A stretch of DNA of 64,000 nt from assembly GCF_036321535.1 (NCBI RefSeq), contig NC_087436.1:52950001-53014000 (forward strand). Reading direction: 5' to 3'. The DNA is from Camelus dromedarius. Its lineage: Eukaryota. Of this stretch, positions 49,865 through 63,420 are shown piece by piece; positions within the stretch are counted from its first letter, which is position 1, and every line of letters starts with the position of its first letter. Below the pieces are notes generated by a model. That model did not search any database and was not told the origin of the DNA. It saw only the letters and a program-made list of their open reading frames with translations. The position numbers and the translations under genes were made by a program.

Positions 49865-51709
49865 CGTTACTTTGTAAATAGAAAACTCTTTTTTTAAAAG
49901 TCCAAGTCAAAAGTAACCGCAAGAATAGACTTTGGCCATTTTTCTTTCTTTCTTCTGATCTCTCTCTCATATCCTCTTTCTCAAGTGTGGTACCACATTT
50001 TGCAGTGTGGAAAACCACTGAGTTATTATACCAGAGCCCACTGTCACAAGGCAAAGGAAGTAGAACAAAAGGAATTCAGACATTTTATACTGAGATGCAA
50101 GCCCCATCAAATATTGTTTCAAACTGACAAATATCTGCAGAGCTGGGGAAGTCCCAAGGAGATTCCAATTGATGTATGTGTTTGAAAAAAAAACACACAC
50201 CAGAAACACATCAGAAAAGGTAACAAATATCCATGGTAGGGAAAAACCCTACATAGTCCAAAGGAAGACAGAACAAAAATAAAGCTTTCTTTCTCCCCCC
50301 TTAGTCCTCAGTCCCCCTGTTCCTTTCCCCAGAGAACACCAATGTTAACCATTTTCCTGTGCTTCCTCCTAGGAGATGTCCTGTGGGTCTGGAGGCATGC
50401 CGGCGCATCCTCCACCCAAGTCCTACGGAAATAAGAGCATTCCAGGCCCACTGCTCTGTTCTGCACCTCGCTGCTTTCTCCTAATGACAGCTCTTCCCTG
50501 TTCTTTTCAGTGCCTTGATAGAGACAGTCCAGTGTGGTGATTGGGATTGTGGCCCTTGAGTCCCTTTCCAGGTGATTCCTCTTACTAGCTGTGCAACCTT
50601 GGGCAAGTTATATAACCAGTCTGAGCCATGGTTTTCTGACCTCTAAAGTAGGATTAATAACAGTCATGTCTCATGGGCCGGCTGGGAGTCCTGCTCACAT
50701 TAGACACAAGAAACAGTCAAAACAGGCTTGACAACAGCAGAGCTTAAAACACATGAGTAGTTGTCATGAAGCCATTGAGATCTATAAAGTCATAACTTGT
50801 GATGTGTCCTCTGTGGTGTGATTTTCTTGTTGCTCAAATATAACTTTCCATTACTTTCAATTTATTTCACATAACAGAAATCTAGGTCCCTGGGGATCGT
50901 TGCTGCTGCCAGGGGCCCACAATCCAGGGCAGTTGGAGAGGAAGGGGGACACCAGCGATTACATAAATATTGTCACTAATGTCAGTGAACTAAGTACACC
51001 TCTTTAATAAAGGTGTACAAGGACTTTGAGCAAGAACCCTGCTCTGCGGCTGAGAGGCCCTGCAGTGAGGGCCCTAGGGAATGATATTTTGTCCTGATAA
51101 GAAAAAGTCAACGTAAGCCCATCTGTAGAAGGAAATTTATATGTAGGTCTCTTAGCTCTCTGTTTTCTAAATCTACATTTCCTAATGTCTATCTCTTTAG
51201 CATATTTCCTCTTTGAGGTAGAGATGCCTCCATCCTGTGTCAGAAATGGATTTGCTAGCTAAAAGCGATGGCCAAGAGAAACATTTTATAAGAAATCCCA
51301 CTGAGTTATTTGCCCATTCATTGGACAATTTCCCAAACATGTTCAAATCTTCTCACTACAGAATTCCTTCAGAGGACAGTTGGAACCTAAAACTAATATG
51401 GTATATGTCCATTACACCGCAAACTGGAAAAAAAAAAAAAAGAGGACAATTGGAGGAACTGAAAGTGAGGCTGTCAAAAACTTGACGTTAGGTGACAGCC
51501 AAAATTCTAATTCATTTTAATGGGTGAAATCTCTAAGTGGCCACAAGTTCTTAAATACATTTTGCCTGTAATTACTTTGGGGATGAATATTTTAGCATAA
51601 GATTCAGTTTGAGCCAATAGACTACTTACTTGTACTTATTTGAAGTGGCAAAATCCGATCGACAAAATTTGAAAATGTAAAGGCTTCAGACATTCCTTGG
51701 GATTCTTTT

Positions 51710-51852
51710 TTAAAAATCTTTGGGGGGTCTTTTTTTGAGGGGGAGGTAACTAGGTTTATATATTTATTTATTTACTAATGGAGGTCCTGGGGATTGAACC
51801 CAGGACTTTGTGCACACTAGGCAGTCACTCTACCACTGAACTATAACCTCCC
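51710..51852 (-). mobile_element. tRNA-derived SINE (Vic-1-like)
   Basis: Reverse complement reads GGGAGGTTATAGTTCAGTGGTAGAG...GGTTCAATCCCCAG; 17-bp TSD TTCCTTGGGAT(T/G)CTTTT at 51693-51709 and 51853-51869. Confidence 0.85.
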
Positions 51853-51931
51853 TTCCTTGGGATGCTTTTCAATGAGATCTGAAGTCTGTTTAAAGCATTT
51901 ACAGAATAATCATAGCTTGATGGTAGCGTTT

Positions 51932-52102
51932 TTAAAAATATATTTCATCCTTTTGTTTATTTATTGTTATACTATTTAATTTTTTTAAATTTTGGCAGCG
52001 GGGGTAATTAGGTTTGTTTAATTTTAGAGGAGGTACTGGGGATTGAACCCAGGACTCTGAGCATGCTAAGCATACACTCTACCACTTAAGCTATACCCTC
52101 CT
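51932..52102 (-). mobile_element. tRNA-derived SINE (Vic-1-like)
   Basis: Reverse complement reads GGAGGGTATAGCTTAAGTGGTAGAG...GGTTCAATCCCCAGTACCTCC plus an A-rich tail. Confidence 0.8.
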
Positions 52103-53454
52103 CAGCTCAATGCCAGTTTTTATTAAGAACTTTTACTAAGAATTTTTTTATGGTAATCTTTTAAACAGTGACTATTTATCATAAACACATAAGAAATCTT
52201 TGAACATAAAGTAAGAAGGATTGCACTGTGCTCTAATTTGGAACATCTCAGGGAGTGTTAACTCCTGGGCGGCTGTTTGGTTGAGTCGGTATTGCCATCC
52301 TGGGTTTCATGGAGATCTGGGTGTGGGCAAACCTAAGTCGGAGCCTGCCTGGCAGCCAGCCACGCTCCATGATGTCTGTGGGGCAACGAGGATCCTCACC
52401 CCCCCAAACAGCTCCTCCGCAAATGCCTAAACTTCCTCTTTGAATTGAATTAAGCATTCCTTTCCTAAGAACTGTAGGTGAGCACATCTTCCAGGGAAGT
52501 GACGACAGAACCAATAACGTTATGTATCCTTTGTAGGAGTCTGTCCGCCTTTGGTAAGGATGGTTCCCGATTGTGTCCATAAGGGGAGAAAGGTTGAAAA
52601 TATAGTAGAGTTCAGTTGGTAATTGTCCCATTATCAACCTGCTTTACTTTCTACCATCCAACTTTATAAATCTTTATCAATTAAGCTAAAATCTGAGCAA
52701 GGCACTGTATTAGGCAGGTCAAATGGAACAAAAGCCCACGCTGGGCTTCAAGAAACCATTACTCTAGTCAGGAGGATAAGGTAAATACTTTGCAAACTAC
52801 ATCCAAGAGAGAGTAAAGTATCCAGTGAGGGTTCCAGGAAGAAAGATCAAGACCATTTTTTTGACTTAAAAGACATGTAAGTTACTTTTTAAAATGTGCA
52901 CAATTTTTGTGATTGTAAAGTATATGTAGTAAAAATTAAAATATATACACATGCAAAAGAAAGTGAAAATCTTTCACAGAAGAGGAAATATGCATTTCAA
53001 ATAAACAGTCTCACTACTATTCAGAGAAATGCAAATTAAAGCAACAGTGTAATATATATATTATATATTTTTAATCCACCAGATTGGCTAAAATTGAAGG
53101 GTTAGTATTAAGTACTGGAAAATTTGGGGGCCATAGATATTGTCAACTGTTGGCAGGTGTTTAAGTTGGAGGGGAATTTCAACACATCTGATGTAACTGG
53201 ACATGCACACGTGACCAGTGACTCCACTTCTGGTGTCTGACTAGTAAAACACTTACCCATACACAGAAGGAAGTATGAATGAAGATGTTTACTACAAACT
53301 GTGAGAATAAAAATTTGGAGCCATCCTGAATATCCACCAACAGTGAGATGATAAAGTCAGGTGCTACTAAAATGAGATTATATAAAAAGTTAACCAAACA
53401 CGTCCTAGGATGAGGAGATTATGTAAAAAGTTAACCAAAAGCATTTGAAAAGGT

Positions 53455-53610
53455 GAGAGCATTTTTGGTTGCCAAATGCTGAGGGCAAGGGGTTGGATGC
53501 TACCAGCACTTTGTGAGGGAGTGCCAGGAATGCTTAACATCCATAGAGACTGATGCAATCCTGAACAACCGACAGCTGTCCCACTCAGAATGCCAGCTGC
53601 ACCCCCACGG
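53455..53610 (+). mobile_element. MER20-like hAT element fragment
   Basis: CATTTTTGGTTGCCA...TGCTACCAGCA...GCCAGGAATGCTTAACATCC. Confidence 0.55.
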
Positions 53611-54036
53611 AGATACACCCATTACACACATGTCAAACTTGATAGACCCCAAAATGTATTGTTAAGTTAGAAGAACTTGTGGCAGGTACAGTATGATGCC
53701 ACTTAGCTTTAAAAAGTCTATCTCATTCCCCCAAACAATACAACATATACACATATAAAAATATATAAAAGCATGAAATAGAAGTCTGAAAAAAATGCAC
53801 ACCAAACTGATAAATCTGGTCCTTAATGGAAGGAACTAGGATTGAGGGTGTTGATAAAGGGGATTTAGCGTGATCAAATTTCCCTAATCTGCCTTACTCA
53901 AATGTAAAAAAAAAAAACAAAATACATTCATATATTAACTGTGTAACTAAAATTTGAAAAAAGAAAACAATATTTCTACCTGAATTCAACCTCCAGCACC
54001 CTGTTAATAATTTGCTTTATTTAATTATTTTATTTA

Positions 54037-54246
54037 GGGGGTAGAATATAGCTCAATGGTAGAGCCCACATGCTTAGCATGCATGAGGTTTTAGATTCAA
54101 GCCCCAGTACCTCTGTTAAAAATACATAAATAAACTTAATTCCCCCCCAAAAAAATAAATAAAATATAAAATCAAACAAAGGAAGCTGTTAAAATTGTTT
54201 AAAAAGGAAAACTTTTTAAGAAAATGTGTTCCACTATAAAAAATCA
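54037..54246 (+). mobile_element. tRNA-derived SINE (Vic-1-like) with long AT-rich tail
   Basis: TATAGCTCAATGGTAGAGC...GATTCAAGCCCCAGTACCTC. Confidence 0.75.
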
Positions 54247-54862
54247 TTTTATTTAATTTACTTATTCAATTGCTGTTTATTGAACACTGGACGTGACCTA
54301 GCACTTGGGTGGGGAGAGAGAGAGACTTTTTCTCTATTTGAAGTCTAGTGGGATTTGGAGTGACATTTTTTTCAAGGAGCTATTCTGTGCAAAGGGAGTA
54401 ACAGGAGCGAAGGCCAAGAAACGAGAGTGTGCCGGGTGTAAATCGCACCAGAGCACGGCACAGCGGTGTGAGTAACTCAGGGCAGTGCCCAAGGGCAGCA
54501 GTCAGCGTGGTGAGATGAAGCCAGGAGGAGACTGGCACTGGCTTATACTTGGCACTGGACACTGACGGCTCCTTGGCTGATGTCTTGGATTTTGATGGCT
54601 TAATATGCATGGACAACAGCTTATTACATAGAGTCTTAATTGCTTGGGCCTGAAGTTCTTGTGATTGGCAATCTGTTTAAAAATTTTTTTTTTAATTTTG
54701 TTATTCTGCTTGTTAGATGGAAAAGTCAAAATTTAAGGGGTTTGAAGCTTGTAAAATTTGGAAGTCTCTTTAAGAAAATTAATATAAACTTACCAAAAAA
54801 AGAAAAAGAATGATTACTTAGAGTGAGAAATCACAATAGATTATAAATTTTAAAAGCTAACA

Positions 54863-56376
54863 TCAACAAAATGAAAAGGCAGCCCACTGAATGGGAGAAA
54901 ATATTTGCAAATCATGTATCTGATAAGGGGTTAATATTCAAAATAAACGAAGAACTTATACAACTCAATAGCAAAAAAACAAACAGTTCAATTAAAATAT
55001 GAGCATAAGATCTGAATAGACATCTTTTAAAGACGATAAACAGATGGCCAACTGATACAGGAAAAGATGCTCAACATCACTAATTATCAGGGAAATGCAA
55101 ATCAAAACCACAATGAGAATGGCTATTATCAAACAGACAAGAAATAACGGATGTTGGTGAGGACACGGAAAAAATGTTGGTGGGAATGTAAATTCGTGCA
55201 ATCACTATATAAAACAGGATGGAGGTTTTTCAAAAAATTAGAAATAGAACTACCATATGACCCAGCAATTCTACTCCTGAGTACTTATTCAAGTAAAACT
55301 AAAATACTAATTAGAAAAGATATATGCACCCCATGTTCATTGCAACATTATTTACAGTAGCCAAGAAGTGTAAACAACCTAAATGTCCATTGATGTATGA
55401 ATGGATAAGGAAATTATTTCATGGCTGAATAATTATATTCTGCTATATATATAGTGGAATATGACACAGCTATAAAAAAGAATGGAATCTTGCCATTTTC
55501 AACAACATTGTTGTGCCCTGAGGGCATTATGCCAAATGAAGTAAGTCAGATAAAAAAGATAAATACCATATGATCTCGCTTATATGAGGAATCTAAACAA
55601 TCAAACAAATAAATAAACAAAACTAAACTAAACCAGACTCATAGATATAGAAAATAAATGGATGGCTGCCAGAGAGCAGGGGATTGTATGTGAAATAGGT
55701 GAAGGAGATTAAGAGGTATGAACCTTCAGTTATAAAATAAATAAGCTACAGGGGTGTAATATACAGCATAAGGAGTATGGTCCATAATATTGCAATGACT
55801 GTATGAGGACAGATGGTTATGAGACTTACCATGGTGGTCATTTCATAATGAATGCAAATGTCAAGTCACCATGTAGTACACCTGAAACTAACATAATATT
55901 GTATGTCAACTCTATTTCAGTTAAAAAGGAATAAAAATTCACTAAGATTTAACTATGAAAAATAATAAATACATAAAAATAAAACAACCCAAAAACCAAA
56001 AATACCAAGCTCATGGATACAGAGAACAGATTGGTGGTTGCCTGAGTTAGGGGGCAGGGAATGAAATGGAGAAAGAGTGTCAAAAGGTACAGATTTCCAG
56101 CTATAAAATGACTAAGTCCTGGGGATATAATGTACAGCACAGTGACTACAGTTAATAATACTGTATTGCTTATTTGAAAGTAGCTAGGAGAGTGGATCAA
56201 AAGTTCTCATCATAATAAAAGAGAAGTTTTGTTAACTATGTATGGTGATGGACGTTAACTGGAATTATTGTAGCGATCATTTCACAATGTATACAAATAT
56301 CAAATCATTATGTTGTACACCTGAAACTAATATAATGCTAGATGTCTATTATATCTCAAATTTAAAAAATAAAAAA
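54863..56376 (+). mobile_element. L1 (L1MA-like) ORF2 3' part followed by two successive 3'UTRs
   Basis: ORF 55151..55360 [20 protein letters not shown] matches the L1 ORF2 C-terminus; 3'UTR ends at ~55925 and ~56376. Confidence 0.85.
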
Positions 56377-56387
56377 AAAAGCTGACA

Positions 56388-56835
56388 AATATCACAAACA
56401 TTACAAAACCAAGGAATAAATCTTCTGTTCATTAATTAACTGCTTAATACACCCCTATCATTTTTCCTGTACATTTTTGGCTGTATTATCTTTGGTTATT
56501 TCTTTATCTAAAAACAATTTTATTACATAATTTTCTATATAGAATAAGAATTCAGTATTTCACCTAGAATTACTTTGAGACAAAAGTTATTTTGAACTCT
56601 ACAATGTGATACTGATAATAAAGTCTTTCAGATTGTTGGAAAATTTGAGAACCTGTCAAACTGCTTTCATAAATGAACTGTAAGATTTCAGGGCATTTGA
56701 AATTTTCATGTTCAGGGACTAATCTTAAATGCTCTTCGAGTTGACCACATTTATTTTAACCACATCACTAGGGTCTGTGCAAGGCAGAGGCCCCAAAGCT
56801 GAAGTTTCATTGGCTTCACAGCAAACTCATCTCTG
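56388..56835 (-). mobile_element. hAT-Tip100-like DNA transposon fragment (continues at ~54735-54851, split by the L1)
   Basis: Terminus AGGCCCCAAAGCTGAAGTTTCATTGGCTTCACAGCAAACTCATCTCTG. Confidence 0.4.
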
Positions 56836-57039
56836 GTGATTATTAAAGTCATATGTGCTTTTTATTTTTTTTTTAAGTTAAACAATTAAAAACATTTAAC
56901 TTAGCAAATAAAAGCCACATATAATCCCTCATTGCAGAGAAAATCACAACCATCAGCTTGGTTTATATTTCTAATCTTTGTACAGTATGTGAATAAAGTC
57001 TGAACCCTGAGAAGACTCTTAGCTAATCTTTGTTTACAT

Positions 57040-57560
57040 TTTGCTAATGATGGGGAACTCACTACTTGTACAGGCAAGCCCATTCCATCCTTCCATGATT
57101 GATGGCTAGAAAACTCTTGTCTACATCAAGTTACTGTTTCCTGCTGTACAGCTTTCAACAGATGGTCTCAGAGCTACCTCTTGAAGTTATAGAGATAATT
57201 GTTACACAAATAGTTAAAGCATTTAGAATGTACTCTCTTTTGTTTCCATCATCTTCAACTTCTTTTATAACAGACTTTCAGTCCCTTGATCATCCAAAGA
57301 CCTTATCTCGTCTGAATACCTTCTAAATTTTCAACATCTATCTTAAAGGTAAGATCTGACATGCAAATCAAAGCCGCATAGGATCGCCCTATTCCAGCTG
57401 ACAGTTACACTGCAAGCAACCCAAGATTGCATTCGTTCCTTGACAGTTGCATCACACTGCTGATTCACATTGAACCTGCTGTAGATTAAAGCCTCCAAGT
57501 AAATCATCTTCCCCTGCTGTTCTGCCATGTCTCTCCCAGCTGCATTAGAAAGGTGATGTT
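57040..57560 (-). mobile_element. CR1/L3 LINE fragment
   Basis: GATGGGGAACTCACTAC...AGCCCATTCCAT; CAGTTGCATCACACTGCTGATTCACATTGA. Confidence 0.6.
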
Positions 57561-60500
57561 TTTAGAATTAAGTGCAGTAAGAAATCTTTTTGCCACTAGG
57601 AAATGCCAAGTGAAAAGGAATGCTGGTAGGCAGCTAACGTGGATCACAAACACCCATGCAGTATTAGTGAAAATTTTGCGAGAGAGCATGCCTTTGTCTC
57701 CACTCATGTCCTCAGCGATGAGTCCTTCTGTGCCAACGACTTCTAACATATTAGCGATGTGACCCCACGTAAGGAACAACCTCGTCTTCTCATCTGTCAA
57801 GGTGACTGATAGAAAAACTCTCTTATTTTCATGTGTTGGACCACTGACTTCTTTAATAAACTTCTTACATGATTCTCTAACTTTTGCAGAAGAGAACAAG
57901 GTGTAAGCTTTGCTAATTATGCAAATGTCATGACTATGCCGGATATGGTGCTACCTGCTGGGAATACGACTCTCTGCTGTTTGGGATAAGTTCCATTCTC
58001 CCGAGACTTAAAAAAAAAAATTATTTTTGCCTCATTTTCCTGAAGAAGTAAGAAAGAGCAGGAAACTACTCTTTATAGCAACACATTCGATGCAGTGTTG
58101 TATTTTCCTCTTCCCTCAAGGTCCACATGTTGATGTAAGTGTGTCTCAAGGCTGATAGAGCCAGGAGAGACTCATCAGCTTCCAAAGAATATCTGTACTA
58201 GATTTATGAAATTATCAAAACCCACAGCTGGCCTTGAAGGAAATAGTGGTGTTATTCCTTCCAAGATACAGTAACAAATTAGGAAACACCCACCCACTAA
58301 AGAATGTTCATAGCTGCCTCTCAGTAAGATACAGGAAATAAGCTCAACCACAGAGAAAGCAGACAAGATGGTCCTCAAGTCCACCTCCTCTCCTCTCATC
58401 CCAGTGCCCCTTTGTTCTAGAGCCTCCTGGAAAATTGCCCCAGCATCATATTGGAGACTTCATAGTTTCTAATCCCATTGGGTTTTATTGTCTTAACTTA
58501 ATATGAGGATTTAAGCTTGTATCTCATTCTCCTCTGTCTTTTAAAAGAGAGGCTTTCACACGTTTGAATTGGCCCGCAGTATGAAATACATTTTTGTATT
58601 TCTCTCTCTTTCTTTCTACATATATATATATATATATACACATACATTGCAAACATACACAAAGAAACAAAGTGTTATAGGAAACAACACTATTCTTCTA
58701 AATTCTATTCAATATTTACTTTTCTATTTCTTTTTAACAAATATTGTGACCTAAATACTAAATTGACTTCAAGAACACTCTTGGGTTGTACTTGGTGTAA
58801 AATGCGAAGCCTTGCCACTCAGTGCCCTGGGATCGTGTAATAAATTCACATTCACCGACCTCCTGGACCTGCTGAATTATAATCTGTTTTTATCAAGAGC
58901 CCCACATGATTACTGTGCAATTTAGGGTTAGAGAAGCATAGAAGTGAAGGACTCTTGGTCCTAAAAACTTTAATTTATTTCAATAAACTTGACAGTTTGA
59001 GTGGACTGTGTATGGCCTCTAAAAAGGAGGACAATGAGCCAAGAAAATACTACATGGCATTACAGGGCCAGTGGGAGGAAAAGAGAAGGATTTGCAGGCT
59101 AACTTCACCAAAAAATCCTCAAATAGCTTCCATCTTAGTGATATGGACAGTAAATGGTGTAGAACGGGAGCTCATGAGGGAATGAAATGATCAGGGAAAT
59201 CTTCAAGGAGGAGGAAGATTATGCATTGAGACTTGAAGAATAAATACAGGGTTCATTAGGTGTGAAAGAAAAGAGCATCCCAACAGGAGCAGTAGCATAA
59301 GCAAAGGCACTGGGGTCGACATGTGCATGGCGTATAAAGAAAACAGAATACCTAGCTGGAACAGAGAGTCTATGTTGAGGAGTAGTACAAAATAACACTG
59401 GAAGAACAAGTGGGCACAGAAATCAGACTTGCGTGTTAAAACATGAGCCATACATCCGTTTAGATTATATACTTCTTGGGGAGAAAATTTCTTAGTAACC
59501 TATGTCTACAGATTTTTCATATGTTTAATGACATGTTTTTCCCTTTCTTGGCAAAGAGAAGTGACATAGAACCTAGATATGTCTCATCAGACTTATAAAG
59601 AGGACGTATATTTCAACCAAAAACAACGGAAATTGCTGATTATGTAAAAACAGCTAAAAAGCTCTAGAGTTGAACAGCCAACAAAAGCACTCTTCTTTAG
59701 AGAATTTTCTCCCTTTTTTACCATTTTCAAAATTATTCTCGCTTTTGAATGACACTGACACACTTTCTGAACTCCCTAGACCAAAGATAGCAAGTGCACG
59801 ACATATGATGCACTCCCCTTTTCTTAAGGCCACGGATGACATAGCTTGTTGACTTGTCTTCTTGCTTGCTAACCTATGCTTGGCCTCAGAGTCCTTCTGA
59901 ACACAATGATGATAGAACAAACAATGAATCTATTAGGCAATCTCAATCTAAGCAGTCTTAACTTGGCTTAATCTTGAGTCACTCCATGGGATTGCTTGGC
60001 TGCTGATTTCCTTTGTGTTCATTTCTTCATAGGGTTGGTGCTAGATACTTTGACTTCGTGAAAACTAAGACGCATAGCTCTCTAAGCCATCAGAAATCAT
60101 TGGTTAAGGAAAAGGAAATGTCTTATTTAGCTCAAAAGATCAGTGCTGCAATTTATATTACAGTCAGGCTGTGATGCATCTTCTGTGACAATGCGATGGT
60201 GTCTGGATAAGCATGGTAAGTCCCTATTTGCAGATGTAGGCTTATCTTTCCATTGGTCATAGTGAATGGACCTTGTCTAAGTAGAGAGAATCAAGCAGAG
60301 ACTTTGCAAAGAATTTTCAAAGTTCTAATGAGACTTCAGACAGGCATAGTGCGATACATAGGGGAGGCTGAAGAAAGACTCACCACAGTCTTTCCAAAAA
60401 GGAGCTTTCTGTGATGGAACCGGCTTGTCTGAGACTTTCCACATTGCCATTCTAAATGCCCACATTTACAAATGCTAACAGCAGAGCTAAATGGTCAGGC

Positions 60501-60724
60501 CAGCTGGCCTAGGCTTTAGGAAGCATACCTGAGTGATGACAGAGGCAGAGTATGTGAGTATCTGGACAAACAGTGAACCAAAGGTGGGGCCCCAAGATTT
60601 TTTATTTGTAGGAGTCAAGGCTCAGCTAAAGGGAAACAGGACTGAAAGGGATATGATAATTCTGTGGAAGCTGGAAACCAGGATAAACCTGTTCTTGGAG
60701 GAGCCTGAGGAATGAGGCAAGGAG

Positions 60725-61070
60725 TTCTGAGAAAGAGAAACAGAGAGAGAGACAGAGACTCAGAGATCCAGAGACACAGAGGGGCACCAAGAGCCAGAGA
60801 CACATGTCAAGGGCTGTAGAAAGATATATATAAATATAAGACCTGGAGACAGAGAAAGGCACAGAGACTCATGTAGAAAGCCAGAAGCACATAGGGACAA
60901 GGACCTAAGGAACATGAATACAGACCCAAACAGTGGGGTCCAGGAGACGTAGACAGAGAAACCGAAGAGAGTGAAGGCTGCAGACACATGGAGAGAGACC
61001 CACAGAGCCTGACTCAGGGGTGGATCTACACACCCAGGGAAGTCAGAGACATGACAGACCAGAGAGCAGA
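60725..61070. repeat. purine-rich degenerate (GAGACA)-type low-complexity tract
   Basis: Recurrent GAGACAGAGA/CAGAGACAC units. Confidence 0.6.
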
Positions 61071-61394
61071 GCCGCTATGGGAAGGTGGCGTGGCAAACTG
61101 CATCTCTTTCCAGCAGAGGTCCTTTTGGGTCCCTGGGTCAGCCTGCACAGTGCACAAATGGCTGCAAGACCCAAGAAGCATCATCGCTCCCCCAGTGGTT
61201 GTGGCTCAGGGAACTTAAGCCATTTGGAATTTGGACCAATAGTCAAACTTTAAGGGAAATGGGCTGGCCTGGGAAAGACCAGATCTGGAATCTGCTTTGA
61301 GACAGAACAAGAAGCAGATGATAAAAAAAACATGCTATCAGAAAGTATGAGCAAAATTATGTATATGATATGACTGCAATTCAATGTGTATGCA

Positions 61395-61415
61395 TGTGTG
61401 TGTGTGTGTGTGTGT
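61395..61415. repeat. (TG)10 microsatellite
   Basis: Direct reading. Confidence 0.9.
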
Positions 61416-62067
61416 ACAGAAAAATATTTTTAAAGGACTGGAGAGAAGTTGAATAATATGTTGTTTTGGGTGGTGGTACAGGGCTGACATTTTTGGTGAT
61501 TTTCTTTATTTCTCAAATTTTCTATAATTAATGTGTATTACTATTATTTTAAACTGCTTATTGTGAATAAGTTCAGATATACAAAAAAGTAGAAAAAATA
61601 GTATAAATAACACCCACATTTAAATAATACCCATATTTTAGGTAGAATTATTTTTAACTTTTTGCCATATTTCCTTCATATATTTTTGGATGAACATCTT
61701 AAATGTAAACTAGAGATATCATAGCACTTTAATCTTAAGTAATTCAGCATGTTTCTCTAAAAAGTAACATCCTTACATATCTATACTTGTGTCAAACAAA
61801 TTAAATTATTGCCCTTATGCTTTTTAAAGTTGAAATGTTTTTAAGCAAAAGTCTAACAACAGATGATGGGAGTAGGCACTATTGGCAGGGAATCAGGGAA
61901 GCAGGACCACAGAGAAGCTGGAGGTGAACAGTGACAGTTAAGACTCAGCTATGTGGACCATGGTTGGGTTCAGACAGGTCCACATCAGGAGGGAACCCAG
62001 TGTGTGGGCTCAGACTAGGAATTTATCCTCTAGGGGAGTTGATAGGGGCAAGAAATTAACCCAGGTT

Positions 62068-62090
62068 AAAAAAAAAAAAAAAAAAAAAAA
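62068..62090. repeat. poly-A run (A23)
   Basis: Direct reading. Confidence 0.9.
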
Positions 62091-63189
62091 GAGGCAAAAG
62101 GTATGGTAATGATCCTAGAAACTGGAAGACGAAAGCCAAGTGGAAGTTTTCTTGTAGAATGAAGCTGAAGATGGAGACTCTGAGTGGTAAAGACCAGAAC
62201 GAAGCTGACTGAACGCCGAGCCCCAAGAATGGGGGGGTCTGAGTCTATGTGGGCTCTTTCTATCTTCTGAAAACTCGTATGTTTTGCCACTTTTGCTGCT
62301 TTATTCATGCTAGTTTCTCTTTAGGAAATGTCTTCTTCTCTACCTTCAACAGACAAAAATCCTGTGGGTTCCAAGGCCATCTTCACCATGTCCAACAACC
62401 ATGTCCAACAATCTTCCTCCTTCCTGCCACCTGCTATGTTTTATTAGACACTGCAATGACCCCCAGCCCCACCACCCTGCATTCTAACTCTCCCCACACA
62501 TGCATTCTCTGTTCCATGCACTGTAAACTCCCCGAAGGGAGATACTTCCTTTTAGTGTCAGTATCTCCTACACTGCCTTGCATAATGTCATCCTTCAACG
62601 GATGGCTCTGTGAATGAATGGAAGGAAGAATGAATGAAACAAGGTGACCCCACTCAATGTGCAGAACCTGTGTGGACAGATTTCCATATGTAAGGAGAAG
62701 GAAGTCACCGTCACCCACAGAGGAACAGAAACACAACAACAGAAGAGGACATTTGCTTGCGTCAGCAGAGATTGAACTGTATACAGTTCCATACTCTTGC
62801 CCAACCACAGAGAATCACCTACCATTTTTAGAGTCCAAGGTTACAGAACTGTGCACAGAAGAGGAACAAGCTTTATTGCTCTACTTGGTATCAGCTCTGT
62901 AAACAGGTTCCTTTAGAGCTTGGACTTCACTACACTCTTCTTAGCCTATTCAATGGGCCTAGCCCTGGAAAACGGAATCAACACAAAATTCAGTCAAGTT
63001 CTGATTAATTAGAATGCTGATCTGGCTTTGTGTGCCTATGAAAAATGTGAAAGAATAATGTCTTTTAGTTAAAAAAAAAATGTGTTGGTGGTAGTAATCA
63101 CAGAACTTTCTTTTTTGCCCTTTCAGTTCTCACCAGCACTAATAAATAGTGCTGATACAATAAGAAGAGAGACATTTGACAGAAACTAG

Positions 63190-63420
63190 GAAGTTGTGTT
63201 AGTGGATAAGCATGTGGGCTCTGGGACAAAACTCCTGGATTTGAAGGTTTACAGGCATGTGAGCAGGTGATAAAAGCTCTGTTCTTCATTTTTCTCATTT
63301 GTAAATGCAAATGACATTAGTGGTAGTAACTATCTCCCAGTGATGTGTGGATTTAATAAGTTATATAGGCAAAGGGCTTAAAATAGCACCTGGCACATGG
63401 TAAGCATCCAACAATTTCCT
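63190..63420 (+). mobile_element. MIR SINE
   Basis: TTTTTCTCATTTGTAAATG...GCTTAAAATAGCACCTGGCACATGGTAAGCA. Confidence 0.7.

Noticed and set aside
46691..54120. tRNA-like A/B-box sequences as tRNA genes
   Set aside because: No proper acceptor or anticodon stems. A-rich tails, TSDs and multiple diverged copies show they are SINEs.
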